64,000 nt of DNA from contig NC_073389.1 in the NCBI RefSeq assembly GCF_028641065.1, positions 22,940,001 to 23,004,000 on the forward strand, in the 5' to 3' direction. Below the pieces are notes generated by a model, which made no database searches, was not told where the DNA came from, and was given only the letters and a program-made list of their open reading frames with translations. The stretch's first letter is position 1, and each line of letters begins with the position of its first letter. Both the position numbers and the translations under genes were made by a program. Below, in pieces: positions 50,019 to 62,977 of the stretch. This stretch comes from Leucoraja erinacea. Its lineage: Eukaryota.

Positions 50019-50327
50019 TTTAGACTTTAGACATACGGCATGGAAACAGGCCCTTCGGCCCACTGAGTCCATGCCGACCAGACATCATCCCGTACACTAG
50101 CACTATCCTACACTCAAGGGACAATTTACAATCTTACTGAAGCCAATTAACCTATAAACCTGTACGTGTCTTTGGACTGTGGGAGGAAACCGGAGCACCC
50201 GGTGAAAACCCACACAGTCACAGGGAGAATGTACAAACTCTGTACTGGCAGCACCTGAGGTCAGGATCGAACCCTGGTCTCTGGTGCTGTAAGGCAGCAA
50301 CTCTACTGCTGCGCCACTGTGCCGCCC
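50019..50327 (-). mobile_element. HE1-like V-SINE, full length and well preserved, 225 bp upstream of the exon
   Basis: Minus strand GGGCGGCACAGTGGCGCAGCAGTAGAGTTGCTGCCTTACAGCACCAGAGACCAGGGTTCGATCCTGACC...GGGCCGAAGGGCCTGTTTCCATGCCGTATGTCTAAAGTCTAAA. Confidence 0.9.
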
Positions 50328-50552
50328 AAATGAGTACTTTGACAAGTACTTTTTCATCAAGGCAGCTAAGAGACTACAGTTCAAGATTCTAATGGATTTA
50401 TGGAATCAGTATTAAATATTTTATCTCCCATTGCCAAAGTTGCAAGTGATCTTTTCTAATATTTTTGAATATCTTGTTTCAAGTATTCTGTTCTTAAGAG
50501 AGAGAGTAGAGCTCCTCATTGTATACCTATGATTTTCCTTTCTGTTTTACAG

Positions 50553-51216
50553 TGGGATGCTATCCCAGAAATGGATGAACGCAACAGTCCCATCCACACC
50601 TACCAGGTTTGCAATGTGATGGAACCGAATCAAAACAACTGGCTGCGAACAAACTGGATTTCCCGTGAGGCAGCGCAGAAGGTGTATGTGGAATTAAAGT
50701 TCACCCTAAGGGACTGTAACAGCATTCCCTGGGTTCTTGGAACATGCAAGGAAACATTCAACCTGTATTACATGGAATCAAATGAGTCTCATGGAATTAA
50801 ATTCAAACAAAGCCAATATACTAAAATTGATACAATTGCAGCCGATGAGAGCTTTACACAAATGGATCTAGGAGACCGTATACTTAAGCTAAACACTGAG
50901 ATCCGTGAGGTTGGGCCAATAACCAAAAAGGGATTTTATTTGGCCTTTCAAGATATTGGAGCTTGCATTGCTCTGGTCTCAGTGCGGGTGTACTATAAAA
51001 AATGCCCATTTACTTTTCGCAATCTGGCGATGTTTCCTGACACTATCCCCAGAGTTGACTCTTCATCTCTCGTCGAAGTTCGAGGCTCCTGCGTAAAGAA
51101 TGCAGAGGAGAAAGATACGCCAAAACTCTACTGTGGTGCCGATGGAGACTGGTTGGTTCCTTTGGGAAGATGTGTGTGCAGTATTGGCCATGAGGAAGTT
51201 GACGGAGCTTGCTACG
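50553..51216 (+). CDS. EPHA6: Internal coding exon (exon 3 equivalent) of an ephrin type-A receptor: ligand-binding domain plus start of Cys-rich region
   Basis: Translation [73 protein letters not shown]...[32 protein letters not shown]...[21 protein letters not shown]...[18 protein letters not shown] is an EphA ligand-binding domain. The segments [17 protein letters not shown] and ESHGIKFK match EPHA6 as I recall it. A pyrimidine tract plus ACAG acceptor ends at 50552 (phase 0), and the donor G|GTAAGT starts at 51217 (phase 1). Length 664 bp is typical of EphA exon 3. Confidence 0.93.
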
Positions 51217-52544
51217 GTAAGTGAATAAAACAAACAGTTATGTACTTGAGAGGTTCAGCAAATGTTGCTTCTGACCTCTTTGAATGTTATCGTGGGGGAG
51301 GGAGGGGAGAGAATGAGAAATTGCCATTTCCAGAAGACTCAAGAACACAGCATTAAATGGGGTCACATGTCTGACCTTGCGTTTATGGAACATTGCTAAC
51401 CAGTGTCTCTTCTTTTGAGTCACCTCAAAACCAAACCTCTGCGAGACAGTCCTGAAAGGACAATATAAACAGAAAATGGCTCAGAACTTGTAGCAAAGCA
51501 ATGTTGTTGAAATTTTCAACATGAGTTAGATCCAGCCACAGTCAAATGTTCATTCTAAACCATTAATAAATTGAATATTTTTACTTTATCTATCAGTAAC
51601 CTGTCTAACTCATTTAGGTATGGAATTTCAACAAAATGTCATAATAGCTAATGCCCTTTAGTTTCAGTATTTTTATTCCACAGAAACATGATTTAATGGT
51701 TACTTTGCAGAAAATAAGATGTACATAAGATTGATTTGCTTACATTGCATATGGTTAGTTATGAATTCTTCACATTAATTAAGGCTGGGTGGAACCAGAC
51801 TTTCAACAGTGTGATTGTGAAGTTCATGGTTGGAATATACATTCACACACGAGCCCCCTTTGCGAAAACAGGGATGTGATAACTTGCTATATTTATTCAG
51901 CAAGTAGACTCATTTTCAAAACTCTCCATCAAAAATCTGCAAACAATCTGGTGCATAGCTTGAGGCAAATCAGAACTGTTGAAGGACAAAAATCTAACAA
52001 TCAAAAACAAAACATTGTACAGCCAATTAGAGTGGGAAAACAAAGCAAATTACTCGACAGTGGGGTTTGTGTATGAAGAGTCACTGCCATGCGGTTACAA
52101 GTTCACTCTTCATAAACTAATTAATCAGGTTATAAGCAGAACAGCCCCACTGGCCATTATGTTTTCTGTATAAAGGAACTAATATACCAGATCTTTAACA
52201 ATCTTTAAAGTCACAATTAAGTAATAATTTTCATGCAACTTCCAGTATGTTAATTGTGTGTCTGCCCACCCAGCATCTTTATATTTTTTATCTCGGTAGC
52301 ACTTACCTCTTATAAAGTGTTCAGAGCTACCGAGAGAGAAATATAAAACTGCTGGGTGTGTGGACACTAATATATATGATACTCTTTATACTCTTATAAA
52401 GAGTTCAGCACTGCCCATCCACGTTCCATGATGGACTTGATTGCATGAGTAACATCTATCACAATTGGCCAGATTTATGAAGATAATGTATACTTTCACA
52501 AAAGAGCTATTTTAAAATTCGGGTCTTTTTCAAACCCAACCTGA

Positions 52545-54050
52545 AGTCATGATGCAGCTTTATAGGACTTAGGTTGGGACACATTTGAGGTATTGCGTGC
52601 AGTTCTGGTCGCCACTTTACAGGAAAAATATGGAAGCTTTAGAGAGGATGCAGAGGAAGTATACCAGAATGCTTCCTGGATTTGAGGGGTTCTGCTACAG
52701 GGAGAGGTTGGATAGACTTAGATTGTTTTCTCTGGAATGTTGGAGGTTGAGGGAAGACTTGATAGAAGTATATTATGAAAGACATCGATAGGCTTGACAA
52801 TCAGAACCTTTTGCCCAGGGTGGAAATGTCCCAATAGTAGTTCAATACAGAGAAGTGCGAGGTGCTGCATTTTGGGATGTTGAACAAGGGCAGGACCTAC
52901 ACAGTAAATGGTAGGCTGTGGAGTGTTGTAGAACAGAAGGATCTCTTTCCAGTGGCACCATGGAGCAGTAAGAGGCACAGCATTCAGCTCCACTCCCGTT
53001 GAGTGCGTTAAATCGCGTAAAAATATGTTTTGGAAGACGGCACCGATTTTAAAATACTTACCGGAGCTGTTTGATGTCGCGTACCTGATGTCATCAGAAA
53101 TCGCCGCAAAATAACGGAGACGGTAGATGAGGTCGTCAAAAAGGCTTTTGACATTTTGCCCTTCATCAGTCAGAGTATTGAGTATAGAAGTTGGGAGGCC
53201 ATGTTGCAGTTGTATAAGGCATTGGTGGAGACCGCATTTAGAATATTGTGCTCATTTCTGGGCACCATGTTATAGGAAACATATTGTCAAGCTTGAAAGG
53301 GTTCAGAAAAGATTTATGAGGATGTTGCCAGGACTAGAGGGTGTTAGCTCAAGGGAGAGGTTGAGTAGGCTGGGTCTCTATTCCATGGAGTGCAGGATAA
53401 TGAGGGGGGATCTTATGGAGGTATACAAAATCATGAGAGGAATAGATCGGGTAGATGCACAGTATTTTGCGCAGAGTAGGGGAATCGAGGACCAGAGGAC
53501 ATAGGTTCAAAGTGAAGGGGAAAAGATTTAATGGGAAGCCGAGGAGCGGTGGATGTATGGAACAAGCTGTCAGAGGAGGTAGTTAAGGCTGGGACTATCC
53601 CATCGGTGAAGAAACAGTTAGATGGAAACACGTGCATGGATAGGACAGGTTTGGAGGGATATGGATCAAGCGGAGGCAAGTGGGACGGGTAGCTGGGACA
53701 TTGTTGCCCGGTGTGGGCGAGTTAGGCTGAAGGTCCTGTTTCCACACTGTATCACACTATGACTCTATGAGTATATGAGGGAATGTCTATAAGGTGAGAG
53801 GGAAAAGTTTAATGGAGATGTGCAAAGTAATTTTTTTACACAGAGTGTGGTGGGGGCCTGGAACGTGGTGATGAAGGTAGATACAACAGTGGTGTTTAAG
53901 AGGCTTCTAAATAGGCACACGGAAGTGCAGGGCATAGAGGGATATGGATCATGTGCAGGTAGATAAGATCAGTTCACCTAAGCATCATGTTCAGCACAAA
54001 CTGTATGGATCAAAGGGCCTGTTCCTTTGCTGTACTGTTCGTTGTTCTAA
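52545..54050 (+). mobile_element. Nested CR1 fragments (outer 52545-52835 plus 53780-54050; inner about 52840-53770)
   Basis: Two separate RPHLEYC/VQFW..LER.Q..FTRMLPG segments and two 3' UTR tails. The outer element resumes after the inner element's tail (ctatgactctatga). Confidence 0.8.
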
Positions 54051-55565
54051 ACAATTAATAAATTGAATCATTCTGCGGTATGGGTGTATTAGTGAAATGC
54101 TCAATGTTTGGATGCTCTCATACTAGCTATTGTTTTTTCATCAGTTTCAGTACATGATTATTTTGTTTAAAAACATAGTTAATAGATTTGGGCATTTATA
54201 GTGAATACAATAAAAAATTGGGAAAATATATTTAGTTTGCGTTTTATACATGTATCAAATAAGATCTTCGCTGTTTGTTACAATAAAAACCATTTAAACC
54301 TACTCCCGGAACAAAATGTGCAGCAATATGGGTAGGAATGGGGAATGAGATTAAGTGGGAAATGATTTGAAAGAATCGGGACCGAACCAGATGGAGAAAA
54401 GGCCATCTTCTCCGCTGTGCTTTTCTGTACTTTTGTGATTAACCTGGTTTGTGCAGCTATAATTTTATAGGAATATTTACCTTAAAGATACCACAGTCTA
54501 CTTTGATCATGTTTTAATTTATTCCTGGTGATCACAATTCGTATTTAGCAGCCTGCTCTTGTGTACTTGCAATTTTGTTTCTCTGAAAATATATGAAATA
54601 TTCTTGCATGATTGCATGTGAACTGTAGATCTATCAAGGACAATGGTTGAGCCAATTAATTTTCATGCATCCAATTATGTAGTGACAACCTATTCTAAAT
54701 TCCAGTATTTGTGGTTTTCTGTGAGATAAGTCGGATCTCTTTCTCATTCTTTTGATCTTTTCTCAAGTTTTGCCCTTCCCCAACTTTTGATATATTCTGT
54801 TGATTAAAAAACAATTTGACAATCACCAGAAGTCGGTGGTTGTCACAATGTTCTGTACATTAGAGATAGACACAAAATGCTGGAGTAACTCAGCGAGGCA
54901 GGCAGCATCTCTGGAGAGAAGGAATGGTTGACATTTCGGGTCGAGACCCTTCTTCAGACACTGCTATTGATATAGGTATTGGTTTATTATTGTCACATGT
55001 ACCGAGATAAAGTGAAAAGCTTTTGTTTGTGTGCTATCTAATTAAACCAGATAATACTGTAGATGAATACTATCAAGCCATGCACAAGAACAACTGATAG
55101 ACAAAGAGAAAAATACCAGAGTGCAGAATATAGTTTTGCAGCACTATAGTGTTACAGTTCCAGAGAAAAAGTACAGTGTCCACAATGAAGGTAGACAAAA
55201 ATGATGGAGAAACTCAGCGGGCGAGGCAGCATCTATGGAGCGAAGGAATGTCTACAACGAGGTATGTTTAATTGCACCCTTGATTATTAATAGAGAATCA
55301 AATGTCTAATTATAATTTCAAAAATAAGAAGTGCTGATAGTTCACTGTCATTGTGGACCACTGTGTTTTGACTTTACTCCCAATGCCTTGGAAGTTAAAT
55401 TGTCCAGCCTGGTGTCTTTATAGTTGAATAACAAATTATTTGTTGAGTAGCTGTACAAAACAAATAATGTCGTTTTTCAGTTTCCCTACAATTGTGGACT
55501 GTGTAGGAATAAGTCATTTATCAGAATTGTGCTGTACAACTTCCCTGAGCAGACTGGTTTGCTAA

Positions 55566-55868
55566 AGGGCCTGCCCCACTGTATGAGGTAATTCAAGAGT
55601 TCTCCCGAGTTTCCCCGATTCGAACTCGGAGAATTACGGTAATAGCCGTTCGTAGGTACTCTGGGATCTCGTGGACATTTTTCACTCTGTTGAAAAAACT
55701 TCACGAGCTTACCGCGTTTCCCGAGTACCTGCCGTTAGCGTTACGAGTCGCTAAGAGATGTCCCGCGCTCCGACGTACCCGCTACGTACATTCTATGTAC
55801 TTACCACGAGTTTGATTTATTTAACTCGGGAGAGCTCTTGGATAAACTCATATAGTGGGACAGGTCCT
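55566..55868. mobile_element. PIF/Harbinger-type MITE
   Basis: TAA|AGGGCCTGCCCCACTGTATGAG...TCAAGAGTTCTCCCGAGTT and AACTCGGGAGAGCTCTTG...CTCATATAGTGGGACAGGTCCT|TTA: about 45-bp imperfect TIRs with TWA flanks. Confidence 0.8.
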
Positions 55869-56409
55869 TTAGGCCCTCAGCTTCACTGTCTAATTTAATC
55901 TTACTGAGTGGAGTGCTGTTCACGTGTAGCTATCTAACCTATTTGCCCTCATTAGATGCTCCCTGGTTCACTTATCTCCTCATCTTGCACATTTGTGACT
56001 GTGTACCTCGAACCCATCTTTCCTGCTTTACTCCCCATGATGCAAATTAAAACTAATTGACAATCCTTTCATTGATTCAAGCTTCTCTCATCTCAGACTC
56101 TTCTCTCCTTCCATAACATGTAATTTCTTCTCAGTGTAAGGCAGGTCCTCCAAAGAGTATGCTACGATCTTTCAAACTCCTGTCCCTGCATCCCAGGTGT
56201 GCAGATAGAAGATTAAGGAAATATATCCTTCAGATAAACCATTTTTCTATGGACTAGGAAAAGTAATAGGATTTTATTTTAATACAAATCCAATTCAAAA
56301 TGGCTATTCTTTTTGACAGCCTGATTTGTACCACATTTCAAATTTATCCTGTGACTTCAACATACTTAAATAGATAAGATAGCAAATGTTCACCAGAGAT
56401 GGAGAAAAA

Positions 56410-57360
56410 ATACAGATTAGATTAGTTTATCATTGTATACACCCGGTGCAATCAAACTCCTTATACACTTAAAGCTTACAGAGTAAAAAGTATACATCTA
56501 ATATTGATAAATACAAGTACAAGTTTGAGTGTAAAACAGAATATTGCAAGATTATAGTGCAATATCTAAGTAGTGCAAAAGAATATTAAAGTACAACAGC
56601 ACAATAATCATATGAGGTCAAGAGTACGTGGCAGCACCTCCGGGAAAGGGGGTTACGAGGCTATTGATTCTAGGTTTGGACAGCAATGGGGAAGAAGCTG
56701 TTCTTGCCTGGATGTCTGGGATGACAAGCTCCTGTATATTCTCCCAGAGAATGGGCAAGGTGACAACCAAACTTCACAATACTTCCAGTCTTCCTGATGC
56801 AACGCACCATGAAGATAGACTGGGTGGAAATGATGTAACGAGGCTGTGATGGACTGGGCTATGCTCATCACTCTATGCAGGTTCAGATGGTCAAGAGTAG
56901 AGTAGTTGCTCTACCAAGCTGAGATGCATCCCTTGAAAATATTTTCTGTAGTGCATCTGTAGAAGTTGGAGAAAATTCCCATGGACATGATGCATCTTCT
57001 CTGGTGCCTCAGAAATTAAGTATGCTGATGCACTTTCTTGATCACCACATCAATGTCAATGGACAGATTAGGTTGCTGGTGATATGGATGCCATCTCTAT
57101 AGCAGCTCCATTGATGAGGCCAGTGTTGTGTTCATATCCTCACTTCTTTTGGTCACCCACAAACTCTTTTGTACTGCTGACATTAAGGGCGAGGTCATTG
57201 TCCATGACACTAGGTTCTCAATCGCTTTAACGTACTGAATCCAGCTGAAAACAGTGGTATCATCAGCAAACTTGAAGACCCAGTTGGCGTTGTTCTTGGC
57301 CACATATGCATGGCTGTACAGGGAGTAGAGCAAGGAAATTATCACACGATCGTAAGAGTG
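56410..57360 (-). mobile_element. Old Rex1/L2-group LINE fragment (probably continuing about 58030-58430)
   Basis: LLYSLYSHAYVAK..NWVFKFADDTTV in ORF 57097-57468, and an (ATTAG)n tail near 56415. Confidence 0.6.
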
Positions 57361-60209
57361 TAGGATTGTAGAATGGAACTGCAGATGCTGGTTTAAACTG
57401 AAGATAGACATAAAATGCTGGAGTAACTGAGGGACTCGACCCAAAACATCCCCCATTCCTTCTTTCAAGAGATGCTGACCATCCCACTGAGTTACTCCAG
57501 CATTTTGTGACTATTTGGGGGTAGGGTGGAGGAAATGTTATGACCAATTCGAACCTCTACGTGCGGTGGCAGGCCTGGTTCGTCGCTGCGAAGAAGAGAC
57601 CGATGGGCTGCTGCCTGCAGGGGAATCCCCAGAAGCTGCCCCGCTCAGCCGTGAACACTGAAGAGTCGAGGAGGAAGGAACAGCTGGTGACGTCGGATGT
57701 AAGGAGTGGATTGGTAGGAGAGGGATCGGGGTATTACCTTCAGTGCCTTCAAGATCGGATGCAGGGACACAAAGGAGGTCGGGCGAGTAGAGGGACATCA
57801 GTTCACAGGCCAAGCCGGTCGAGAGTGACGGAAGAGGACCTGCGGCTGCCTGGGGCTTACCTGGATTGGAGGTTCCCCAGTACATCCAGCAAGTGGACCA
57901 GACTCTGGACTTTTTCTTTTGTAAATGGTGCCAACTTGTGCATGTGTGTGAGCTATGAAAAATAAATTTCACAGTGCATTTCACAATTCAAAAACTTTTC
58001 ACTATAATGAACCATTGAACCCACTGAGATCTGCCAGTTAAGAAATCCAGAAGCCAGTTGCAAATGATGGTTCGAAGGCCAAGGTCCAGAAGTTTAGGGG
58101 TTAACCTTATTTGGAATTATGACATTGAAGGTTGAGCTGGAGTCAACGAAAATCATCCTGACATACAGTAAGTATTCTTATTTTCAAGTTGATTCAGGGC
58201 TGAATGTGGTATAAGAAAGATGGCATCCTCCGTATGCTTATTTTTCGGATACATACATTGAGGGGGTTCTAGATTGTCTAGAAGATTGGCTCAACCAAGG
58301 GGCAGTACCAGTCTTTCAAAGCACTACATCATGGTGGGTGTTAGAGCTGGTGGACGGTAGCCATGGGACAGAACATTTTATTTTTCTGGGGGATTGGAAT
58401 GATGGAGGTTTTCTTGAAGCAGATGGGAACAGAACATGAATGAATATGATTGGCTTTACTGCAGTAAGGTCAAGGAGATCCATTCAGATTTTGCCAAGAA
58501 CCAATAAAAAAAACTGGCCTCACCATCGTGAAGGGTTATTTTGAGATTCTTGTGGAGAATGGGTTACATCTCTTCCAGTTCCGCAGCTTAGTATTTTTAA
58601 ACAGTAAGATAATTTCTGACTTGGGAGGCAACATCACACACACTCTGCTAATGTTTGCAAAAGGGAAGAGTCAAATTTTAAACGTTAGCTTTAGAGCTGC
58701 AGCAATCATGTATTATATTCTGTGCTGTTGAATATCTTAAAGGAATACAAGTGTGGCAGGAGGAGAGACAGCATTCTCTTGTCAGCTGGAGTGATCACCT
58801 AGTGGCTGTACGCACCGCAGGGCCCTACTTTGATGTTTGCTTGTTTACCTTTGCGTCACAAAGTTCTCGCTGAAATTTCTACCTGATTGGAATCAAGCAG
58901 CCATAAACAAGCTTTATCCAGGCTAGGTGGAAATCAGGTGGGCATTCTTACGACTTTAATGGTTGCACAAAATTGCCATGTGGATTATTCTGCTCGGTAA
59001 AATGTAAAAATGGCCGATTTTAATTAGCAGTGGTCATCAGTCGATAGGGCACTTGTGAGAGGCAGGACAACACACAGATGCAATTTGCATTTTATGTCAC
59101 TCAAAATGTTGCTCAATTGAGAGGGCCTAATTAATTAGCAATCAGCTGGAAAGTTTGCATGGCCTTAAGGTTGTTATTTAGATCATCATCTGTTTGAATT
59201 TTTAGCTTGGTATTTTCTATGATGTAACTGCAACTGCAGTTTAATCTGTAAAGCAGAATTTACACCTGAGCTGGTAAACAAATATGCAAGAATCAGACCA
59301 GTTACAGTATATATCTAGATATCTAAAATAAGTTAGGAATGAGACACTTTGTGATCAAGGATTTTTCAATTTATCTTTTTAAAGGTTAATAGCACTGATT
59401 TGGACATAACAGTAGCACAACTTTCCTTGGATCCAGGTGTTTCTGAGCCAAAGGAAGACACAAAGTGCTGGAGTAGCTCAACAGATCAGGCAGCATCTCA
59501 GGAGAACATTTATAGATAACATTTCAGGTCGGGAAGGGCCCTGACTCAAAACATCGCCTCTCCATGTTCTCCCGAGATGCTGCCTGATCCATTGAGATAC
59601 ACCAGCACCCTGTGTCCTCTTTCGTAAACTAACAACTGCAGTTCCTTGTTTCTTTGTTTCTCAGCCAATCTTTCTAAACACAATGCAGCATCTCACACCC
59701 ACTGAAAAACACCATGGGAGCATTGCAGTCAAGCTACCATTCTCATTGTCTAGCCTGGGTCCCAGCAGACAGTTTGCTATTTATATTGTCCTGTTTCTAC
59801 TGTAACTTTAATGGTGTTGCTTTGGAGAGAGCCTGCCACATCTCCATCCAGGAGGGAAATCTGAGCAGACCTTTATTCCTACTGTCAGAACATTTAGATT
59901 ATAATTCAATAGACTGCAAATAATTGATAAATCAGGATTGACACGGTACTGGATCTGCACCAAAGCTCTGCACAAGGGCAGGAGATTATCACCTCGATGT
60001 GAATAACTCTGTTCACCACTGTCAGGTCAATGCATGGTTGATTTTAAGTTGCAACTAGAGCTTCTGTAAATCTTTTCAGTGTGAATGTAAAATTTTCCTT
60101 GAAACACACACAGAGAACAGCAAATATTTGCTTAATATAATGATTGCTTTAGAAGCAACATATGTGATAAAAAAGACAGGAATAAAAATGAAGATATTTT
60201 AATAATATT

Positions 60210-60512
60210 TTGTTTATTTTAGTGATACAGTGTGCAAACAGGCCCTTCAGCCGACCAAATCCAGGCAAAACATCGATCACCCGTTCACATTAGTTCTATG
60301 CTATTCCACTTTCTTAACCACACCTTACACACTAAGGAGGCCAATTAACCTACAATCCCAAATGTCTTTGGGGTGTGGGAGGGAAACGGAGCACCCAGAG
60401 GAGACCCACGCATTCACAGGGAGATCGTGCAATCTCCACACAGTCTGCACCTCAGGTCAGGATCTCTGGCAATCTGAGGCAGCAGCTCTACCAGCTGTGC
60501 AACTATGTTGCC
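60210..60512 (-). mobile_element. HE1-like V-SINE
   Basis: Reverse-complement SINE: aaacaggcccttcagccgacc...gggagggaaacggagcaccc...gaggcagcagctctaccagctgtgc. Confidence 0.8.
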
Positions 60513-61291
60513 CTTAGATATTATTAGTTATTATATATTAATAGATTTCTGGCATCAATTGATCTGGATAAGAGCAAGAATGCAAATGGTTAAGAGAAGA
60601 AAGTCGAAGCATTGGAAGTACTCCCACAAGAACAAAGGAAAGAACATCTTTGAAAATAAGAGGCTTTTGAGGGTCAATGGGAGAAATTTTTTTCTGCTAA
60701 TTAGGAGTGAAAGAATCGGTGACAATGTTAAATGTGACATCCCATTACTCAGTAACATAAAGAAAGTGATTAGGAGATATTACAAATGAAAGAAATTGAT
60801 GGGGCATAGCAGATGCAGAAATTAATTCATATTTCAGGAAGAAATTAGATAAATATTTGAAACTGGAAGGTACAGAATTGTTGAAGTAAATCTGTACAAT
60901 GTGATTAGTCAGGATCCATTCCAGACATTATGGGCCAGTTGACCTCTTTGTCTGCTATGAATCTTAATAATTATAATTTTTGCTGACATTTTGTTTGCTT
61001 ATGACTGACATTATCACAATTTAATGCCAACCTCCAAATATATAAAGGTATACATATTTTCTGATCAGCTCCCTGTAGATTATAACTGAAGGTTATTCCA
61101 TTATCATTCTGGTGCTACAGTGCGGCCTATTTTCACTTTCCTGCAGCCTTCTGCCACACACGTTTAAAAATGCCTTTACAATTAGTTTTCCAGTATCTCT
61201 CAATCAATGTATGATAATGCAAAGGACAGAAAGCGCTGGAGCCCATCAGGCAAGAGGTACAGAGTCTTAAAACGCATACTTCGAGATTCAG

Positions 61292-62709
61292 CGGGAAAGA
61301 AAATGGGGAATTACAGACCAGTTATCCTGACTTAGGTGGTGGGAAAGATGCTGGTCAATTATTAAAGAGGTAATAATGGGGCATTTGGATAACAGTAAAA
61401 GGATTACTCCAAGTCAGCATGGATTTATGAAAGGAAAATCATGCTTGACTAATCTTCTGGAATTTTTTGAGGATGTGACAAGTAAAATGGATGAAGGTGA
61501 GCCAGTGGATGTAGTGTATCTAGACTTTCAGAAAGCCTTTGATAAGGTCCCGCACGGGAGACTGGTGACTAAAATTAGAGCACATGGTATTGAGGGTAGG
61601 GTGTTGACATGGATAGAAAATTGGTTGGCAGACAGGAAGCAAAGAGTAGGAGTGAACGGATTATTTTCAGAATGGCAGGCAGTGGCGAGTGGAGTGCTGC
61701 AAGGCTCGGTGTTGGGTCTGCAAATGTTTACCATATATATTAATGATTTGGAAGAGGGAATTAGGAGCAACACTAGGAAGTTTGCGGATGACACAAAGCT
61801 GGGTCGCAGTGTGAGCTGTGACGAGGATGTTAGGAGATTGCAGGGTGACCTGGACAGGTTGAGTGAGTGGGCAGATGCGTGGCAGATGCAGTATAATATA
61901 GATAAATGTGAGGTTATCCATTTTGGTGGCAAAAACAAGGGGCAGATTATTATCTCAATGGGGTTAGTTTAGGTAAGGGGGAGGTACAGCAAGACCTTGG
62001 TGTCCTTGTACACCGGTCACTGAAAATTGGCGTGCAGGAACAGCAGGCAGTGAAGAAAGCTAATGGAATGTCGGCCTTCATAACAAGAGGATTTCAGTAT
62101 AGGAGTAGAGAGGTTCTTCTGCAGTTGTTTAGGGCTCTGGTAAGACCACATCTAGAGTATTGTGAACAGTTTTGGTCTCCTAATTTGAGGAAGGACATCC
62201 TTGTGATTGAGGCAGTGCAACGTAGATTCACGAGATTGATCCCTGGGATGGCGGGACTGTCATATGAGGAAAGATTGAAAAGATTAGGTTTGTATTCACT
62301 GGAATTTAGAAGGATGAGGGGGTATCTTATAGAAACATATAAAATTATAAAAGGACTGGACAAGCTAGATGCTGGAAAAATGTTCCCAATGTTGGGCGAG
62401 TCCAGAACCAGGGGCCACAGTATTAGAATAAAGGGGAGGCCATTTAAGACTGAGGTGAGAAAAAACGTTTTCACCCAGAGAGTTGTGAATTTGTGGAATT
62501 CCCTGCCACAGAGGGCAGTGGAGGCCAAGTCACTGGATGGATTTAAGAGAGAGTCAGATAGAGTTCTAGTGGAATCAAGGGATAATGGGAGAAGGCAGGC
62601 ACGGGTTGTTGATTGGGGACGATCAGCCATGATCACAATAAATGGCGGTGCTAGCTCGAAGGGCCGAATGGCCTCCGCCTGCACCTATTTTCTATGTTTC
62701 TATGTTTCT
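61292..62709 (+). mobile_element. Young 5'-truncated CR1 LINE with 6-bp TSD, inserted into a Rex1/L2-group 3' fragment
   Basis: ORFs 61376-61972 and 62032 onward carry QHGFMKGKSCLTNL, YLDFQKAFDKVPH, KFADDTKL and RPHLEYC. It has a (CTATGTTT)n tail and ATTCAG repeated at 61286-61291 and 62710-62715. The host element reads continuously once the insert is removed. Confidence 0.92.
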
Positions 62710-62977
62710 ATTCAGGGACAGTTTTTTTCCAGCTGTTATCAGGCAACTGAACAATCCTATCACACACTAGAGAGTGGCCCTGACCTCCCATCTACCTCAT
62801 GGATGACCTTCGAATTATCTTTAATCGAACTTTACTGGACTTTATCTTGCACTAAACATTATTCCCTTTATCCTGTATCTGTACATTGGTAGACGGCATG
62901 ATTTGAATCATATATAATCTTTTCGCTGACTGGGTAGCATGCAACATGCAGCATGTACGTCATCGGGTTGCACCATC

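Noticed and set aside
50255-50327. tRNA genes at GGCGGCAC..GTGGCGCAG..GGTTCGATCC motifs (also 15404, 34094, 35462)
   Set aside because: These are tRNA-derived SINE heads continuing directly into V-domain and LINE-like tails, with no complete cloverleaf.
50529-50552. ATG start of the 231-aa ORF
   Set aside because: MIFLSVLQ is the intronic polypyrimidine tract and acceptor, and the terminal GK* reads into the donor site. The real unit is a spliced internal exon.
1-50552. EphA exon 2 (about 65 bp, V.LLD......LGW..YP..G) or other host exons
   Set aside because: I could not find a convincing match by eye. It is probably outside the window, but a short exon could have been missed; spliced alignment would settle this.
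62032-62892. 286-aa ORF as an independent or chimeric gene
   Set aside because: It is a CR1 ORF2 C-terminus reading through the UTR into the adjacent LINE fragment, with upstream frameshifts and a 5' truncation.
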